From Candidatus Omnitrophota bacterium (GTDB lineage Bacteria > Omnitrophota > Gorgyraeia > B26-G9): a stretch of DNA of 64,000 nucleotides. The stretch spans positions 5,161 to 69,160 of the forward strand of contig JAHITY010000128.1 of NCBI GenBank assembly GCA_018817165.1, read 5' to 3'. Of the stretch, positions 15,756-25,703 are shown in pieces; the stretch's first letter is position 1; the number at the start of each line of letters is the position of its first letter. The translations under genes were made by a program, and so were the position numbers. The notes under the pieces were generated by a model. That model was not told where the DNA came from. It did not search any database and saw nothing but the letters and a program-made list of their open reading frames with translations.

Positions 15756-17087
15756 TTAAAGAATATCACTTGCGAGATCAGCAAGTTCCGAGCGTTCTCC
15801 TTTTTCCAGGTTTATATGAGTATAAATCTTTTGACCTTTCATCTTATCAATCAAATAAGCTAAGCCATTCGAAAAAGTATTTAAGTAGGGATGGTCTATT
15901 TGAAAAATATCTCCGGTGAAAACCATTTTTGTATTATCCCCGGCGCGGGTAATAATAGTTTTTATTTCATGCGGAGTCAGGTTTTGCGCTTCATCAACAA
16001 TAAAGAAAATATCGACTAAACTTCTTCCTCTTATATAAGAAAGCGGAGCAATTACCAGCTTTTCTTCATCAAGTAATTTTTGCAGTTTTTTTTGTTTTGA
16101 ATCAGATTCAATGAATGTATGCTTTATAACTCCCAGATTGTCATAAAGCGGCTGCATGTAAGGTTCAAGTTTTGAGTTGATATCCCCAGGTAAATAACCA
16201 ATATCCTTATTGCTCAAAGGAACAATAGGCCTGGCCATATAAATCTGAAAGTATTCTTTTTTATTTGCTAGGGCGCCAGCTAAAGCGAGCAGAGTTTTTC
16301 CTGTGCCGGCTTTTCCGGAAATGGTTACCAGCTGGATCTTAGGATTCATTAAAGCGTGTAGAGCGAATATTTGTTCCGCGTTTCTCGGAGTAATTCCATA
16401 AGCTGATTCTTTATTTATTCGTTGAATTTTTTTTGTTTCCGGATTGCAATAAGAAAGAACTGATTTTTTCCCATTGCGCATGATGATGTATTCATTTGGT
16501 AAAATTTCTCTTTTGGAAGATAATTCTGATGGATCGATTTCAAAAGGCTCTTTGTACATCAAATCAATCAATGCATCAGAGACATCTTCGACAACTCGGT
16601 AGCCGGTATAAAGCTCAGTAATATCTTTAACATGGTCGCTGGTGTAGTCAGCAGCAATTAAACCAACGGCTTTTGCTTTCATGCGCAGATTAACATCTTT
16701 GCTGACAAGGGTGACTTGGCGATTAGGATTCTCATCAGCCAGACAATAAGCCGTATTAAGAATCCTATGGTCAGCTAGGTCGCTGGAAAAAGTTAGGGAT
16801 AGGTCTTCGTGCATTGCTTGACCGAGCTTGATGATTATTTTACTTCTATTCGGACCAATGCGCACGCCTTCATCAAACAGCTGATCCCCGCTTAAATTAT
16901 CCAAAGCTCGGACAAATTCGCGGGCGTGAAAATTTAGGGTCTCATTACCTTTTTTAAAGCGGTCTAGTTCTTCCAATACATATATCGGAACAACTATATC
17001 GTGATCTTTAAATTGATAAAGACAGGCGCTATCATGGAGAATGACGTTTGTGTCAAGGACAAATGTTTTTGCTTTTTTTTCTGCCAT
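15756..17087 (-). CDS. PIN-PhoH family ATPase (PhoH2/YlaK-like)
   Basis: FVLDTNVILHD PIN motif; GKAGTGKT; GYLPG; RGRS; DEAQN. Confidence 0.92.
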   Translation of the reverse strand: MAEKKAKTFVLDTNVILHDSACLYQFKDHDIVVPIYVLEELDRFKKGNETLNFHAREFVRALDNLSGDQLFDEGVRIGPNRSKIIIKLGQAMHEDLSLTFSSDLADHRILNTAYCLADENPNRQVTLVSKDVNLRMKAKAVGLIAADYTSDHVKDITELYTGYRVVEDVSDALIDLMYKEPFEIDPSELSSKREILPNEYIIMRNGKKSVLSYCNPETKKIQRINKESAYGITPRNAEQIFALHALMNPKIQLVTISGKAGTGKTLLALAGALANKKEYFQIYMARPIVPLSNKDIGYLPGDINSKLEPYMQPLYDNLGVIKHTFIESDSKQKKLQKLLDEEKLVIAPLSYIRGRSLVDIFFIVDEAQNLTPHEIKTIITRAGDNTKMVFTGDIFQIDHPYLNTFSNGLAYLIDKMKGQKIYTHINLEKGERSELADLASDIL

Positions 17088-17331
17088 ATCCAAAATCCTT
17101 TTTTAGATGATGTTAAAAAATAAGGGTATTTTCTTTTGCTTGAGCATCCTGCTCTAAATAGATTATACTTAAATTAAGCTTTTGAGGCAATATTTTTATT
17201 GTGATGATTTGTAGCGGTTAAATTGAGCTTTGATATAAAAGATAAGCTTCTGAAAAACCGCCGCGAAAAGATGTTTATAAAAGCCCCCAATAACTATTTA
17301 TTATTGTTTAAATAATATAAAATGATATACT

Positions 17332-17682
17332 ATGAGGCAAAGGAAAATACTCTTATTAACTATGAAAAATAGCAATCTTCTTATTTTAGTGTTAGTTTTG
17401 ATATTTCTCGGATTTACAATAAGGGCTCAAGCTGAGTTTGAAGAGCTTGTGCCTCCGGGGATGGAATTGCGCGTAATTGGACAGACAAGCATTCTTCTTC
17501 CTAAAGACGCGGAAATTCAGGAAAAAGGCGGATTAATAATTGTTGAACAAATTGATAAGTATGTGGCACGAACTATATCTGAAATGAGACAGCAAATCAG
17601 CGAGCTTAAAGCGCAGCAAGAAAAGCTGATCAAGGAGGTTGAACAATTAAAAGCAGAATCGGCAAATAAAAATAATATATAA
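17332..17682 (+). CDS. hypothetical exported protein with C-terminal coiled coil
   Basis: Signal-peptide-like N-terminus ending AQA (start may be 17362); heptad C-terminus. Confidence 0.65.
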   Translation: MRQRKILLLTMKNSNLLILVLVLIFLGFTIRAQAEFEELVPPGMELRVIGQTSILLPKDAEIQEKGGLIIVEQIDKYVARTISEMRQQISELKAQQEKLIKEVEQLKAESANKNNI

Positions 17683-17732
17683 GAAAGTGTTACCAATTTT
17701 TAAAAACGTAATTTTAACCAGGGGGCGAAGCT

Positions 17733-18080
17733 GTGGCAAAAATAGATTTTATTATGGTAGGTGCTTTTCATCGAAATTGGATGATAGCACTTAAAGCATT
17801 TTTAAAAGGTAATGGTGGATTAACAGAAGTTCAAGCTTTATCCCATGAGGATTGTGATTTTGGTAAATGGCTTTATTCTGATGGAATGTTTGCTTATGGT
17901 AAAGTATTTGAATTTAGGCGTTTAGAGAAGGTTCATGTGCGGCTTCATGAACATGTTAGAGCTTATATGGATGCCAAACAATCTGAAGATGAAATGGCTC
18001 AGGAGCATTTACTGCTTAAAATTGAGGCAGCATCTGAAGAGATTTTGGGTTTAATGAAAAAAATGCAAAACAGTTTTTAA
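17733..18080 (+). CDS. stand-alone CZB (chemoreceptor zinc-binding) domain protein
   Basis: H..W (HRNW), CDFGKWLY, HVRLH ligand pattern. Confidence 0.85.
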   Translation: MAKIDFIMVGAFHRNWMIALKAFLKGNGGLTEVQALSHEDCDFGKWLYSDGMFAYGKVFEFRRLEKVHVRLHEHVRAYMDAKQSEDEMAQEHLLLKIEAASEEILGLMKKMQNSF

Positions 18081-18099
18081 TTAGAGGTTGGAAAATATT

Positions 18100-18609
18100 A
18101 TGTATCTAGAAATTGCGTATATTGTTTTAGGAATTGTTTTATTAATGCTGGGACGTAAATTATTCTGGTTGTTTGCGGGTATGACTGGGTTTGTAATTGG
18201 GATTGAATATGCCGGGTTATTATTACCCGGGAAATCAGATAAAGTTGTCTTAATAGCCGCGCTTATTTGTGCAATTATCGGACTTATTCTTGCTTTTGTT
18301 GTTCAGAAAATAGGATTGGCAATAGCGGGTTTTTTAGCGGGCGGATATGTTTCTTTGATGCTTATAAAAGAATTAGGTTTTCAGATTGCTTGGCTTCCTT
18401 GGGTTATATTTATTTCAGGCGGAATTCTGGGTATAATTCTGATTCTCGTGGTATTTGACTGGGCATTAATTATTTTATCATCATTTATTGGGGCTTTTCT
18501 TATTATTCAATCAACTGGGTTTAATTTATATTTAACAAAAATATTATTTGTGATTTTAACCTCTATCGGTATCATAACACAAATAACACATCATAAAGAA
18601 AAAGCCTGA
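18100..18609 (+). CDS. membrane protein (DUF4203-like)
   Basis: Multiple TM helices; GRKLFWLF..GF..G and IILSSFIGA. Confidence 0.7.
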   Translation: MYLEIAYIVLGIVLLMLGRKLFWLFAGMTGFVIGIEYAGLLLPGKSDKVVLIAALICAIIGLILAFVVQKIGLAIAGFLAGGYVSLMLIKELGFQIAWLPWVIFISGGILGIILILVVFDWALIILSSFIGAFLIIQSTGFNLYLTKILFVILTSIGIITQITHHKEKA

Positions 18610-18643
18610 GGGTAAGAGCAGGTTTTTGGGGATCTGGGGGATT

Positions 18644-19444
18644 GTGAAAAAAAAAGTAGTAATCGTAATAATTGTTTTTCTGAATTTTTTACAAAATTGT
18701 ATTGCCAGTGAAGTGCAAATTCCGCGATTAGAATTATCCAGCGAAATATCTCAGATATCTTATAAAGAGCCTGGAGTGATGAAACAGTCAGGAAATATGT
18801 CTGGTCTTTCAGTGGCATATACATATTTTGACGATATAGTTATCAGATTTGAAACTCGTTTAACTTCCGGACAAGTTGATTACTCTTCGATCAATACAGG
18901 TAGTATGGAGTCGATAGAGGATATTCTTTTTGAATTTCGGGCCATTACGGGCTTTAATATTTCTCCGGATGAAGAATGTATTATTCTGCCTTATTTTGGT
19001 TATGGGTATCGCTATCTAGAGGATGATTCTCAGGGCAGGGTTACCAGTACTGGCCACCTTGGATATAAAAGAGAAGCTAATTATTATTATTCACCGATTG
19101 GGCTTTGCATAATAAAAGATAAAGGCAATGGTTTTGTCCTTCAGGCAAATTTGGAATATGACCTTTTTTTACAGGGGATTCAAAAAAGTTATTTGAGCGA
19201 TGCCATCCCTTCAAGAAGCGATCTGGAAAATAAACAAAAAAATGGTTATGGTTACAGAGCTTCGCTTAAAATCAAAAAACAGCAGAAATGTTTTGATATT
19301 AGCATCGAGCCATATATGATTTATTGGAATATTGGGCAGTCAGAATCAGCGGATATAAGCGATTCAGGGATAATCCAAGGTTTTGGATATGAGCCGAAAA
19401 ACTATTCTACTGAATATGGGCTGCGGGTGGCTTTTAATTTTTAA
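18644..19444 (+). CDS. outer-membrane beta-barrel protein
   Basis: Signal peptide, alternating aromatic strands (PYFGYGYRYL), C-terminal YGLRVAFNF BAM-type signal. Confidence 0.75.
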   Translation: MKKKVVIVIIVFLNFLQNCIASEVQIPRLELSSEISQISYKEPGVMKQSGNMSGLSVAYTYFDDIVIRFETRLTSGQVDYSSINTGSMESIEDILFEFRAITGFNISPDEECIILPYFGYGYRYLEDDSQGRVTSTGHLGYKREANYYYSPIGLCIIKDKGNGFVLQANLEYDLFLQGIQKSYLSDAIPSRSDLENKQKNGYGYRASLKIKKQQKCFDISIEPYMIYWNIGQSESADISDSGIIQGFGYEPKNYSTEYGLRVAFNF

Positions 19445-19658
19445 AATAATAATTCACTTTCAATCTTAAGTTGAAGTTAAAAATTTAAGCAAAGGACTTT
19501 ATTAGCGCAAAGAAAAACAATACTTCCAGTAAAAGATGAGCTTGAGACAGTGATTAATATGGGCACAAGTTTATTATCTGGCGAGATAGGAACCGAAAAT
19601 TAAATTTGAGAAAAAAGATATCTGCTGAGCAATAAAAACAGATAATAAATATCTAATC

Positions 19659-19690
19659 AAAAGCTCTGTATTTTTGCAGAGCTTTTTTTT
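19659..19690. terminator. bidirectional terminator
   Basis: aaaagctctgta-ttt-tgcagagctttt between convergent genes. Confidence 0.7.
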
Positions 19691-20702
19691 ATATGGAGTG
19701 GTCTATGTTTTTATTATTAATTATTCCAGGGAGTATTGGTTTTATTTTTTGTCTTGTGTTAGGAAAAGGTGTTTCTTTGTCTGTTAAGTCATCTAACTTA
19801 GTTTCATTTAAAAGTAGATTGGTAAGATATATTGTATAATGTACAGCTAGTTTTTGGTTAAGCATATATTGAGGGCTTGTTGCTATGGTAATTGCTTTTG
19901 CATTTTTGCATAAACCAGCAAAGCGTTTTAATTCCAAATAGGCTTCTTTAGGCGTTAACCCTGCTAAAGCATCAAGATCTACGCATATTAAGCCAAAGTC
20001 CATATCTTCAGGGATGATGGATGTTTCACTCATAATAACTTTTTTAATTGTTTCTGAACTTTTCCAGGTGACGAATAGTTGATTTGCTTTTTTGCTATAG
20101 CGTGTATCCATTAGGTATGAATTATGCGCATCAATTATTTTGCTAGCGAAAGCAGGAATAAGAAAGCCGGATTCCTTCGCAGTAAATGATAGGTCAAATA
20201 CGTTTTTAACTGATTGCTTGTTTGAGATTGGTTTATTTGCTTTTTCTTGGATTAGGGTATCAAGATGCGCATCAATATGAAGAAATTTTTCGTTATAAGA
20301 AATTATTCCTTCTTTAAGCATTTTCCACCAAAAAGGAAGTACTTTATGCTCGTCATCCATTATAAAAAGACGGCGTCCGTTTGATAAGTTGATTTCAACA
20401 TTAATTTTTAAACCGATTATTTCCTCAGATTGTGAGCCATTGAAATTTCTATAAGTGATAATATCGGGTGCGATGTCAGATAATCTCCCGTTTTCTTGCC
20501 ATTTCATAATAATTGCTTCTTCTTGAGAAATTGAAGGGATAAAATAAGGGAAAAGATTGCGTAAGTCATTAAGCGCTATGGATAATCTTGGTGAAAGTGT
20601 AGAGCAATCAAAACCATTTGTTTGGGCAAAGGCAATATTCGATATTAGTAATATATTGACAAAAAAAATCAATAAAGATTTATAATTAATCAAAGTTATC
20701 AA
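19689..20702 (-). CDS. exported UPF0489-like (arginase/deacetylase-fold) hypothetical protein
   Basis: Signal peptide; DEH, HIDAHLD, VDLD, ITIATSP motifs. Confidence 0.6.
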   Translation of the reverse strand: MITLINYKSLLIFFVNILLISNIAFAQTNGFDCSTLSPRLSIALNDLRNLFPYFIPSISQEEAIIMKWQENGRLSDIAPDIITYRNFNGSQSEEIIGLKINVEINLSNGRRLFIMDDEHKVLPFWWKMLKEGIISYNEKFLHIDAHLDTLIQEKANKPISNKQSVKNVFDLSFTAKESGFLIPAFASKIIDAHNSYLMDTRYSKKANQLFVTWKSSETIKKVIMSETSIIPEDMDFGLICVDLDALAGLTPKEAYLELKRFAGLCKNAKAITIATSPQYMLNQKLAVHYTIYLTNLLLNETKLDDLTDKETPFPNTRQKIKPILPGIINNKNIDHSI

Positions 20703-21006
20703 ATCCTTTCTAAATATTTATAAGTACCATTTAAATAAAGTGTTAAATTATACCATGCGCATTGTTTACCTGCAAATTCATTTTTAGAAAAGTTAAAGTT
20801 TTTCTGGTTAAAAACTTTAACTTTTGTTATAATAAATCACATGAAATATCTCACAAATTGTATGATAGTAATTGTTTGCCTGTTAGTAACACAATTAGCT
20901 TTTGGTAGTGAATTCAAGTCAAACAAAGAGTTTATAGAATTGCCCTTAAATTCTGCCTTTTTATATTATTTCAGTAGGTTATCCTCAACAAAACTAAAAA
21001 TAAAAT

Positions 21007-21954
21007 ATGATAAATAAACAAGCTTTAGAAGCAATATTTAAAGGATCAATAAAATTAAAACCTCAAGAATCTTGCTTGATTATTGCCGATACTGAGAAAG
21101 AATCTATTGGCCGTGATTTTTTTAAGTTTGCCCAGAAAATTACAGCGAATGCTAAATTAATGATCATGCAGCCAACGCTTGAACATGGAGTAGAGCCGCC
21201 TGATGATATTGCCGCGCAAATGCTGGGATATGATGTTCAATTTCTGATTACCAGTAAATCTCTCTCGCACACTAAAGCAAGAAGACAGGCAACACTAAAT
21301 GGTGCGCGCATCGCGTCAATGCCCACAGTAACAGAGGATATTATTAATCGCTGTTGTGATATTGATTATGATTTATTGAAACTAAATTCACAGAACCTAT
21401 ATCAGATTTTGCAAGCAGCATCTACTTTACATGTGCTGACAAAATTAGGTACAGATATAAAGTTTACAATTGGTAAAAATAAATGGTTTGGTGAAAATGG
21501 AGGTAGTTTTGATTTTCCCGGAGCTTTTGGAAATCTGCCTGAAGGAGAGGTTTCTTTTGCTCCGGTTGATTGCAATGGGCAATATGTGGTGGATGTTTCA
21601 TTTCCTGGTTTGGGAATTCTAGACTCCCCGATAACTTTTAAAGTAAGAAATGGTTTTGCCTATGAAATTACTGGTAAAGGCAGCGAACAAATAATCAAAA
21701 GGCTTGATTCTGTTGGGGTTAAGGCTTATAAAATAGCTGAATTAGGCATTGGGCTGAATCCTAAGGCAAAAGTCATTGGATTGGTCTTGGAAGATGAAAA
21801 AGTCTGCGGGACAATACATATTGCTTTGGGCAATAATATGTCCTATGGGCAGGATAATGATGTTCCCTTGCATTTAGATGGAGTTATCAGTGCGCCAAAT
21901 ATTTATGCGGACGGGCAATTAATCATGAAAAATGGTAAACTTATAATTGGGTAG
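21007..21954 (+). CDS. aminopeptidase (M29/AmpT-like leucyl aminopeptidase)
   Basis: GNLPEGEV, IAELGIGLN, LEDEKVCGTIHIALG, HLDGVI. Confidence 0.88.
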   Translation: MINKQALEAIFKGSIKLKPQESCLIIADTEKESIGRDFFKFAQKITANAKLMIMQPTLEHGVEPPDDIAAQMLGYDVQFLITSKSLSHTKARRQATLNGARIASMPTVTEDIINRCCDIDYDLLKLNSQNLYQILQAASTLHVLTKLGTDIKFTIGKNKWFGENGGSFDFPGAFGNLPEGEVSFAPVDCNGQYVVDVSFPGLGILDSPITFKVRNGFAYEITGKGSEQIIKRLDSVGVKAYKIAELGIGLNPKAKVIGLVLEDEKVCGTIHIALGNNMSYGQDNDVPLHLDGVISAPNIYADGQLIMKNGKLIIG

Positions 21955-22006
21955 AGATGCAAGTATGATATGCTGTATATAGTTACATCTTTAGGTGAAA
22001 AGATAA

Positions 22007-22276
22007 ATGAAAAATAGATTAGATGCTAAAGGGAAAATGGAGTATCCCTGTAAATGGCTGTATAAAGTAATTGGGGCTGACCGGGATAAAGTGGAAAAAG
22101 CTTTGATAGAAATCATTGCGTTGGATAAACAAAATCTAAAGATGATGTTTTCTAATATAAGTAAAAATGGCAATTATCTTGCTTTTAATGTTGAAATAAA
22201 AGTAGAAAACGAAGAGCAAAGAGACTTAATTTATAGTAAATTAAAGAAACATCCAGATATTAAGGCAGTGCTTTAG
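22007..22276 (+). CDS. DUF493 (YbeD/HP0495-like) protein
   Basis: EYPCKWLYKVIG, SKNGNY, IYSKLKKHPDIKAVL. Confidence 0.85.
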   Translation: MKNRLDAKGKMEYPCKWLYKVIGADRDKVEKALIEIIALDKQNLKMMFSNISKNGNYLAFNVEIKVENEEQRDLIYSKLKKHPDIKAVL

Positions 22277-22344
22277 GATTAAAAATAAAATTTAATTATT
22301 TTAATGCTTAAGTTTAAGAAAATAATAAATTTAGGATAAATCAG

Positions 22345-22743
22345 ATGAGAAAAAAAGCATTTACTTTAATTGAGGTTTTGATTGCAACCGTGGTAATAGT
22401 GATATCATTATTAGGATCGCTTTCTTTGTTTAATCAGGGAACCGCTTTGGTCTCAAATATTAAAGAAGATTCTGTTGTAACATATGCTTTACAGGAACAG
22501 ATGGAGCTTATTCGCCGGACAAGCTTTGATGCTATTATTACTAATTATCCAGTGGCTACAAATTTTAATACCGCTGGTTTCGCTGCTTTAATTAGTCCTG
22601 TGGGTATAGTTACTCTAGATTATCCGTTTGCTAATAATCAGATTGTTAGGGTAACGCTAAGGTTATCATGGCAGTCGGCAAACAACAGAACAATGACTAA
22701 AAGTATTGCAACTTATGTAACAAAAGGTGGCATAGGGGGTTAA
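22345..22743 (+). CDS. type IV prepilin-like protein (PilV-like)
   Basis: KKA|FTLIEVL cleavage/methylation motif. Confidence 0.85.
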   Translation: MRKKAFTLIEVLIATVVIVISLLGSLSLFNQGTALVSNIKEDSVVTYALQEQMELIRRTSFDAIITNYPVATNFNTAGFAALISPVGIVTLDYPFANNQIVRVTLRLSWQSANNRTMTKSIATYVTKGGIGG

Positions 22744-22754
22744 GGTTTATTTAG

Positions 22755-23336
22755 ATGAGAAAAGTTTGGAAAAACATGAGAAAATCTAAAAAAATATCAG
22801 GATTTACTTTAGTAGAGGTTTTAGTTGCCGTAGCGATAACATCTATTTTCGCGGGTGTGATAACCGGTGTGTTTATTAGCGCAAGGAATGCGTTTATATC
22901 TAATAGTGCTGCGCTTGAGGTGCACGGTGCTAATCGATTGGCTATGGATTGGATTGTGCGGGATATAAAATGGGCAAACCAAACAGTTCCTTCTGTAACA
23001 ATCAGCGGAACTACTTATACAACCGGTATAAATCGATTGGTTCTTAGTGTCCCGGGAATAGATGCTAGCGGAGATATTATCGAAGGGGTATTTGATGCGG
23101 TTGTATATGCTCTCAATGGAACAGATTTAATCAGAGTTGTTAGCCCTAATGCAGTCAGCGGCAGCGGCAGTAACCGTTTGGCAAGTAATTATACGATTGC
23201 CAATAATGTTAATATGCTGCAGTTTGCTTTAAATGCGGATAATATTGGGATTACGGTAAATACGCGACGTACTGTTTTGAATTCTCGAGTTTTGAGTGAT
23301 ACCTTAACCACAGCAGTTTCTTTTAGAAATGAGTAA
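22755..23336 (+). CDS. type IV prepilin-like protein (PilW/GspJ-like)
   Basis: SG|FTLVEVL; AMDWIVRDIKWA; start may be 22776. Confidence 0.85.
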   Translation: MRKVWKNMRKSKKISGFTLVEVLVAVAITSIFAGVITGVFISARNAFISNSAALEVHGANRLAMDWIVRDIKWANQTVPSVTISGTTYTTGINRLVLSVPGIDASGDIIEGVFDAVVYALNGTDLIRVVSPNAVSGSGSNRLASNYTIANNVNMLQFALNADNIGITVNTRRTVLNSRVLSDTLTTAVSFRNE

Positions 23337-23420
23337 TAATAATTAATTTTAAAATAATTGAGACTGGTATGTTTATATTTTAAATCGGTATTGGATACAG
23401 GTCAATTGTGAGGTAAATGC

Positions 23421-24674
23421 ATGAAAAAGCAGAGAAAGAAAAATTCAGGCAGTGCGCTTTTTTTTGGTCTGATGATTGTGGTTGTTATGGCTGTCTTAAG
23501 CTCTGTATTTTTATCCATGGTTCTAACTGAAATGAAAAACACCGAACGTTCTAATTCAGCAGCCAATGCGCTGAGTGTCGCGGAGGCCGGCATTGAATTC
23601 GCGATTTGGGAGGTTATGCACGACGGGGCTGATTATGCAGCGGCTGATGGCTGGACAGCGCAAGCGGTTCCGACAACTAATCGGGCATTTCTTTTGGATA
23701 ATGCGGGAAACCGAATCGGTGAATATAGTGTAAACATCACAAATACTGGGATTTTTACCATAGAATGTAGAGCCGGAGTGCCTGATCTTACTAATCCTAG
23801 CTCAGACAGACAAATAGTAAAGGTTACATTAAAGTCCGAGCCGCTTTTTAAAAAGAGCATACTCGCAGTAGATAAGATAGAACTGGATAATGGAGTATTA
23901 ATCGATAGTTATGATAGCGGACCACTTGGCGATCAGCCTTATGGCGGGGCTAATGTATTGTCCAATGGGGATATTGGCACAGAATCGACAGGCAATGATG
24001 ATATAAAAATCGGAGATACTGTTTTGGTTAAAGGTGATGCCTATGTAGGGGTTGGGGGAAATCCTACGGATGTTATTGATTATTCCGGTACTGGTTCGAT
24101 AACCGGATCAGAGTTGATATCCAGTGAAGCGGCTAATTTTCCCAGCGTTGTCGCTCCAGTAGGTTTGCCGAATGAAGGAGATTTAAATGTAATGTTTGGA
24201 ACAAAAACAATTTCAAGTAGTGGGCAGTATAATAAGATTACTGTTGCCGCTTTTGGCAAACTGGTGATTGATAGTGATTGTACAATATATGTAGATAAGC
24301 TTAATGTGGTTGCTTTTTCTAAGATTGAGATACAGAATGATGCAAAGGTAAATATAATTGTGGAGGATCATTTCAATGTGGTTGCTTTTGCGGCACTAGA
24401 TAATCTTAGCGGAGATACCGCGAATCTCGCTGTTTACGCAATGGACTCAACAAATAAGATAAATTTACTTGGGGCTGTTAGTATAGATGGTACTGTTTAT
24501 GCCCCTAATTCAGATTTTAAGCTAGGGGCGTTGGCGGTTTTTAGGGGAGCCGTAATGGCAAAGAAGGTTGAGATTGAGAATTGGGCGGCAATTCATTTTG
24601 ATGAATCATTAATGACCAGAACAACTGCTCCGAATAGTGGAAAAGTCGAAGTGTCTCATTGGCAGACAAAATAA
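23421..24674 (+). CDS. PilX/GspK-like minor pilin with C-terminal beta-rich domain
   Basis: G|SALFF without Glu5; ALSVAEAGIE; GTVYAPNS, IHFDESL. Confidence 0.8.
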   Translation: MKKQRKKNSGSALFFGLMIVVVMAVLSSVFLSMVLTEMKNTERSNSAANALSVAEAGIEFAIWEVMHDGADYAAADGWTAQAVPTTNRAFLLDNAGNRIGEYSVNITNTGIFTIECRAGVPDLTNPSSDRQIVKVTLKSEPLFKKSILAVDKIELDNGVLIDSYDSGPLGDQPYGGANVLSNGDIGTESTGNDDIKIGDTVLVKGDAYVGVGGNPTDVIDYSGTGSITGSELISSEAANFPSVVAPVGLPNEGDLNVMFGTKTISSSGQYNKITVAAFGKLVIDSDCTIYVDKLNVVAFSKIEIQNDAKVNIIVEDHFNVVAFAALDNLSGDTANLAVYAMDSTNKINLLGAVSIDGTVYAPNSDFKLGALAVFRGAVMAKKVEIENWAAIHFDESLMTRTTAPNSGKVEVSHWQTK

Positions 24675-24771
24675 AAATGTTACTATACTATAGGTATAGA
24701 AAGATAAATATAGTAATTAGAAGAAACCTAGAATTTCTTTAGGTTTATTTTTTATGCTAAAAGGAGAAATT

Positions 24772-25299
24772 ATGATTATAAAAAATACAATTAGAACATT
24801 GGTATTATGTTTGGCTGTAATTATTTTTTCTTCCGGATATATGGTTTATGCTCAAGAGCCTACAGAACAGATCAAGCTTGGGTTAACAAATATCAGTGCT
24901 CGCGAATTTAATCCTAAAAAAGACAAAGAAATAGTATTTAGCGGAGAAATGGCTTATCTTACAAGATCAGGGGTTTTTGATGCTCCGGAAGTGAAAGCGC
25001 AGATCAGTGAGCTAGGCATAGATTTAGCTGTGGAATTAACAATTCAGCCTACAGATAGTATGCTCCCTGAAGAGTATAGGCATCTATTTAAGCATTGGGA
25101 ATTTAGGGTAAGTTGGGATGGGATAGGCAAAGATACGCTTCCAGCCGATTTTGGCCGTTATCAATGTATTATTTCAGCAAAAATTTTAAAAAAAGACACA
25201 ATTACTGAAACAGGAGAAGATGGCAATCCGAAGGAAGTTGTGCAAGAAACAGAATCAAGCGATTCGATTACTGTGCCATTTATTCTTAAAGAAGATTGA
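24772..25299 (+). CDS. hypothetical exported protein (Ig/FlgD-like)
   Basis: RBS aggag; signal peptide ending VYA; VSWDG....GRY pattern. Confidence 0.6.
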   Translation: MIIKNTIRTLVLCLAVIIFSSGYMVYAQEPTEQIKLGLTNISAREFNPKKDKEIVFSGEMAYLTRSGVFDAPEVKAQISELGIDLAVELTIQPTDSMLPEEYRHLFKHWEFRVSWDGIGKDTLPADFGRYQCIISAKILKKDTITETGEDGNPKEVVQETESSDSITVPFILKED

Positions 25300-25342
25300 T
25301 CGATAAATATTTAAATATTATAAAAAGGCAGAGCAAGGTATC

Positions 25343-25693
25343 ATGAGTGAGAGAAAAACAGGTAATTTATTCTCCGATATTCCGGAGATTTTTTCTGAAG
25401 AAATTTTTAATCCTATTTTTGAAGATAATAGTTTAAAAATAGAAAGAATCGTTTCCCAGGGGCATTGCACCGCTAAAAATCAATGGCTTGAACAGGGCAG
25501 GGATGAATGGGTGGTAGTGATTAAGGGAAATGCGAGATTATTATTTAAAGAACCATCCCAGATAGTTGAATTAAAACCAGGAGATTATCTATTAATTAAA
25601 GCCGATACACAGCATCGGGTTGAATGGACTGATCCTAAACAAAAGACTGTGTGGTTAGCTGTTCATGGAACACCTAAGCAAAGCAATACTTAA
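25343..25693 (+). CDS. cupin domain protein
   Basis: IERIVSQGH, DEWVVVIKG, PGDYLLI...HRVEWT. Confidence 0.88.
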   Translation: MSERKTGNLFSDIPEIFSEEIFNPIFEDNSLKIERIVSQGHCTAKNQWLEQGRDEWVVVIKGNARLLFKEPSQIVELKPGDYLLIKADTQHRVEWTDPKQKTVWLAVHGTPKQSNT

Positions 25694-25703
25694 GAAAGGA
25701 AGC

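Noticed and set aside
17689-17715. GTTACC upstream of the CZB gene
   Set aside because: No TACTT at 16-nt spacing (reads ATTTT) and no ANTAR leader
20841-21017. 58-aa ORF with signal-peptide-like start
   Set aside because: No RBS, overlaps the next gene, no recognisable domain; possibly a gene remnant but unsupported
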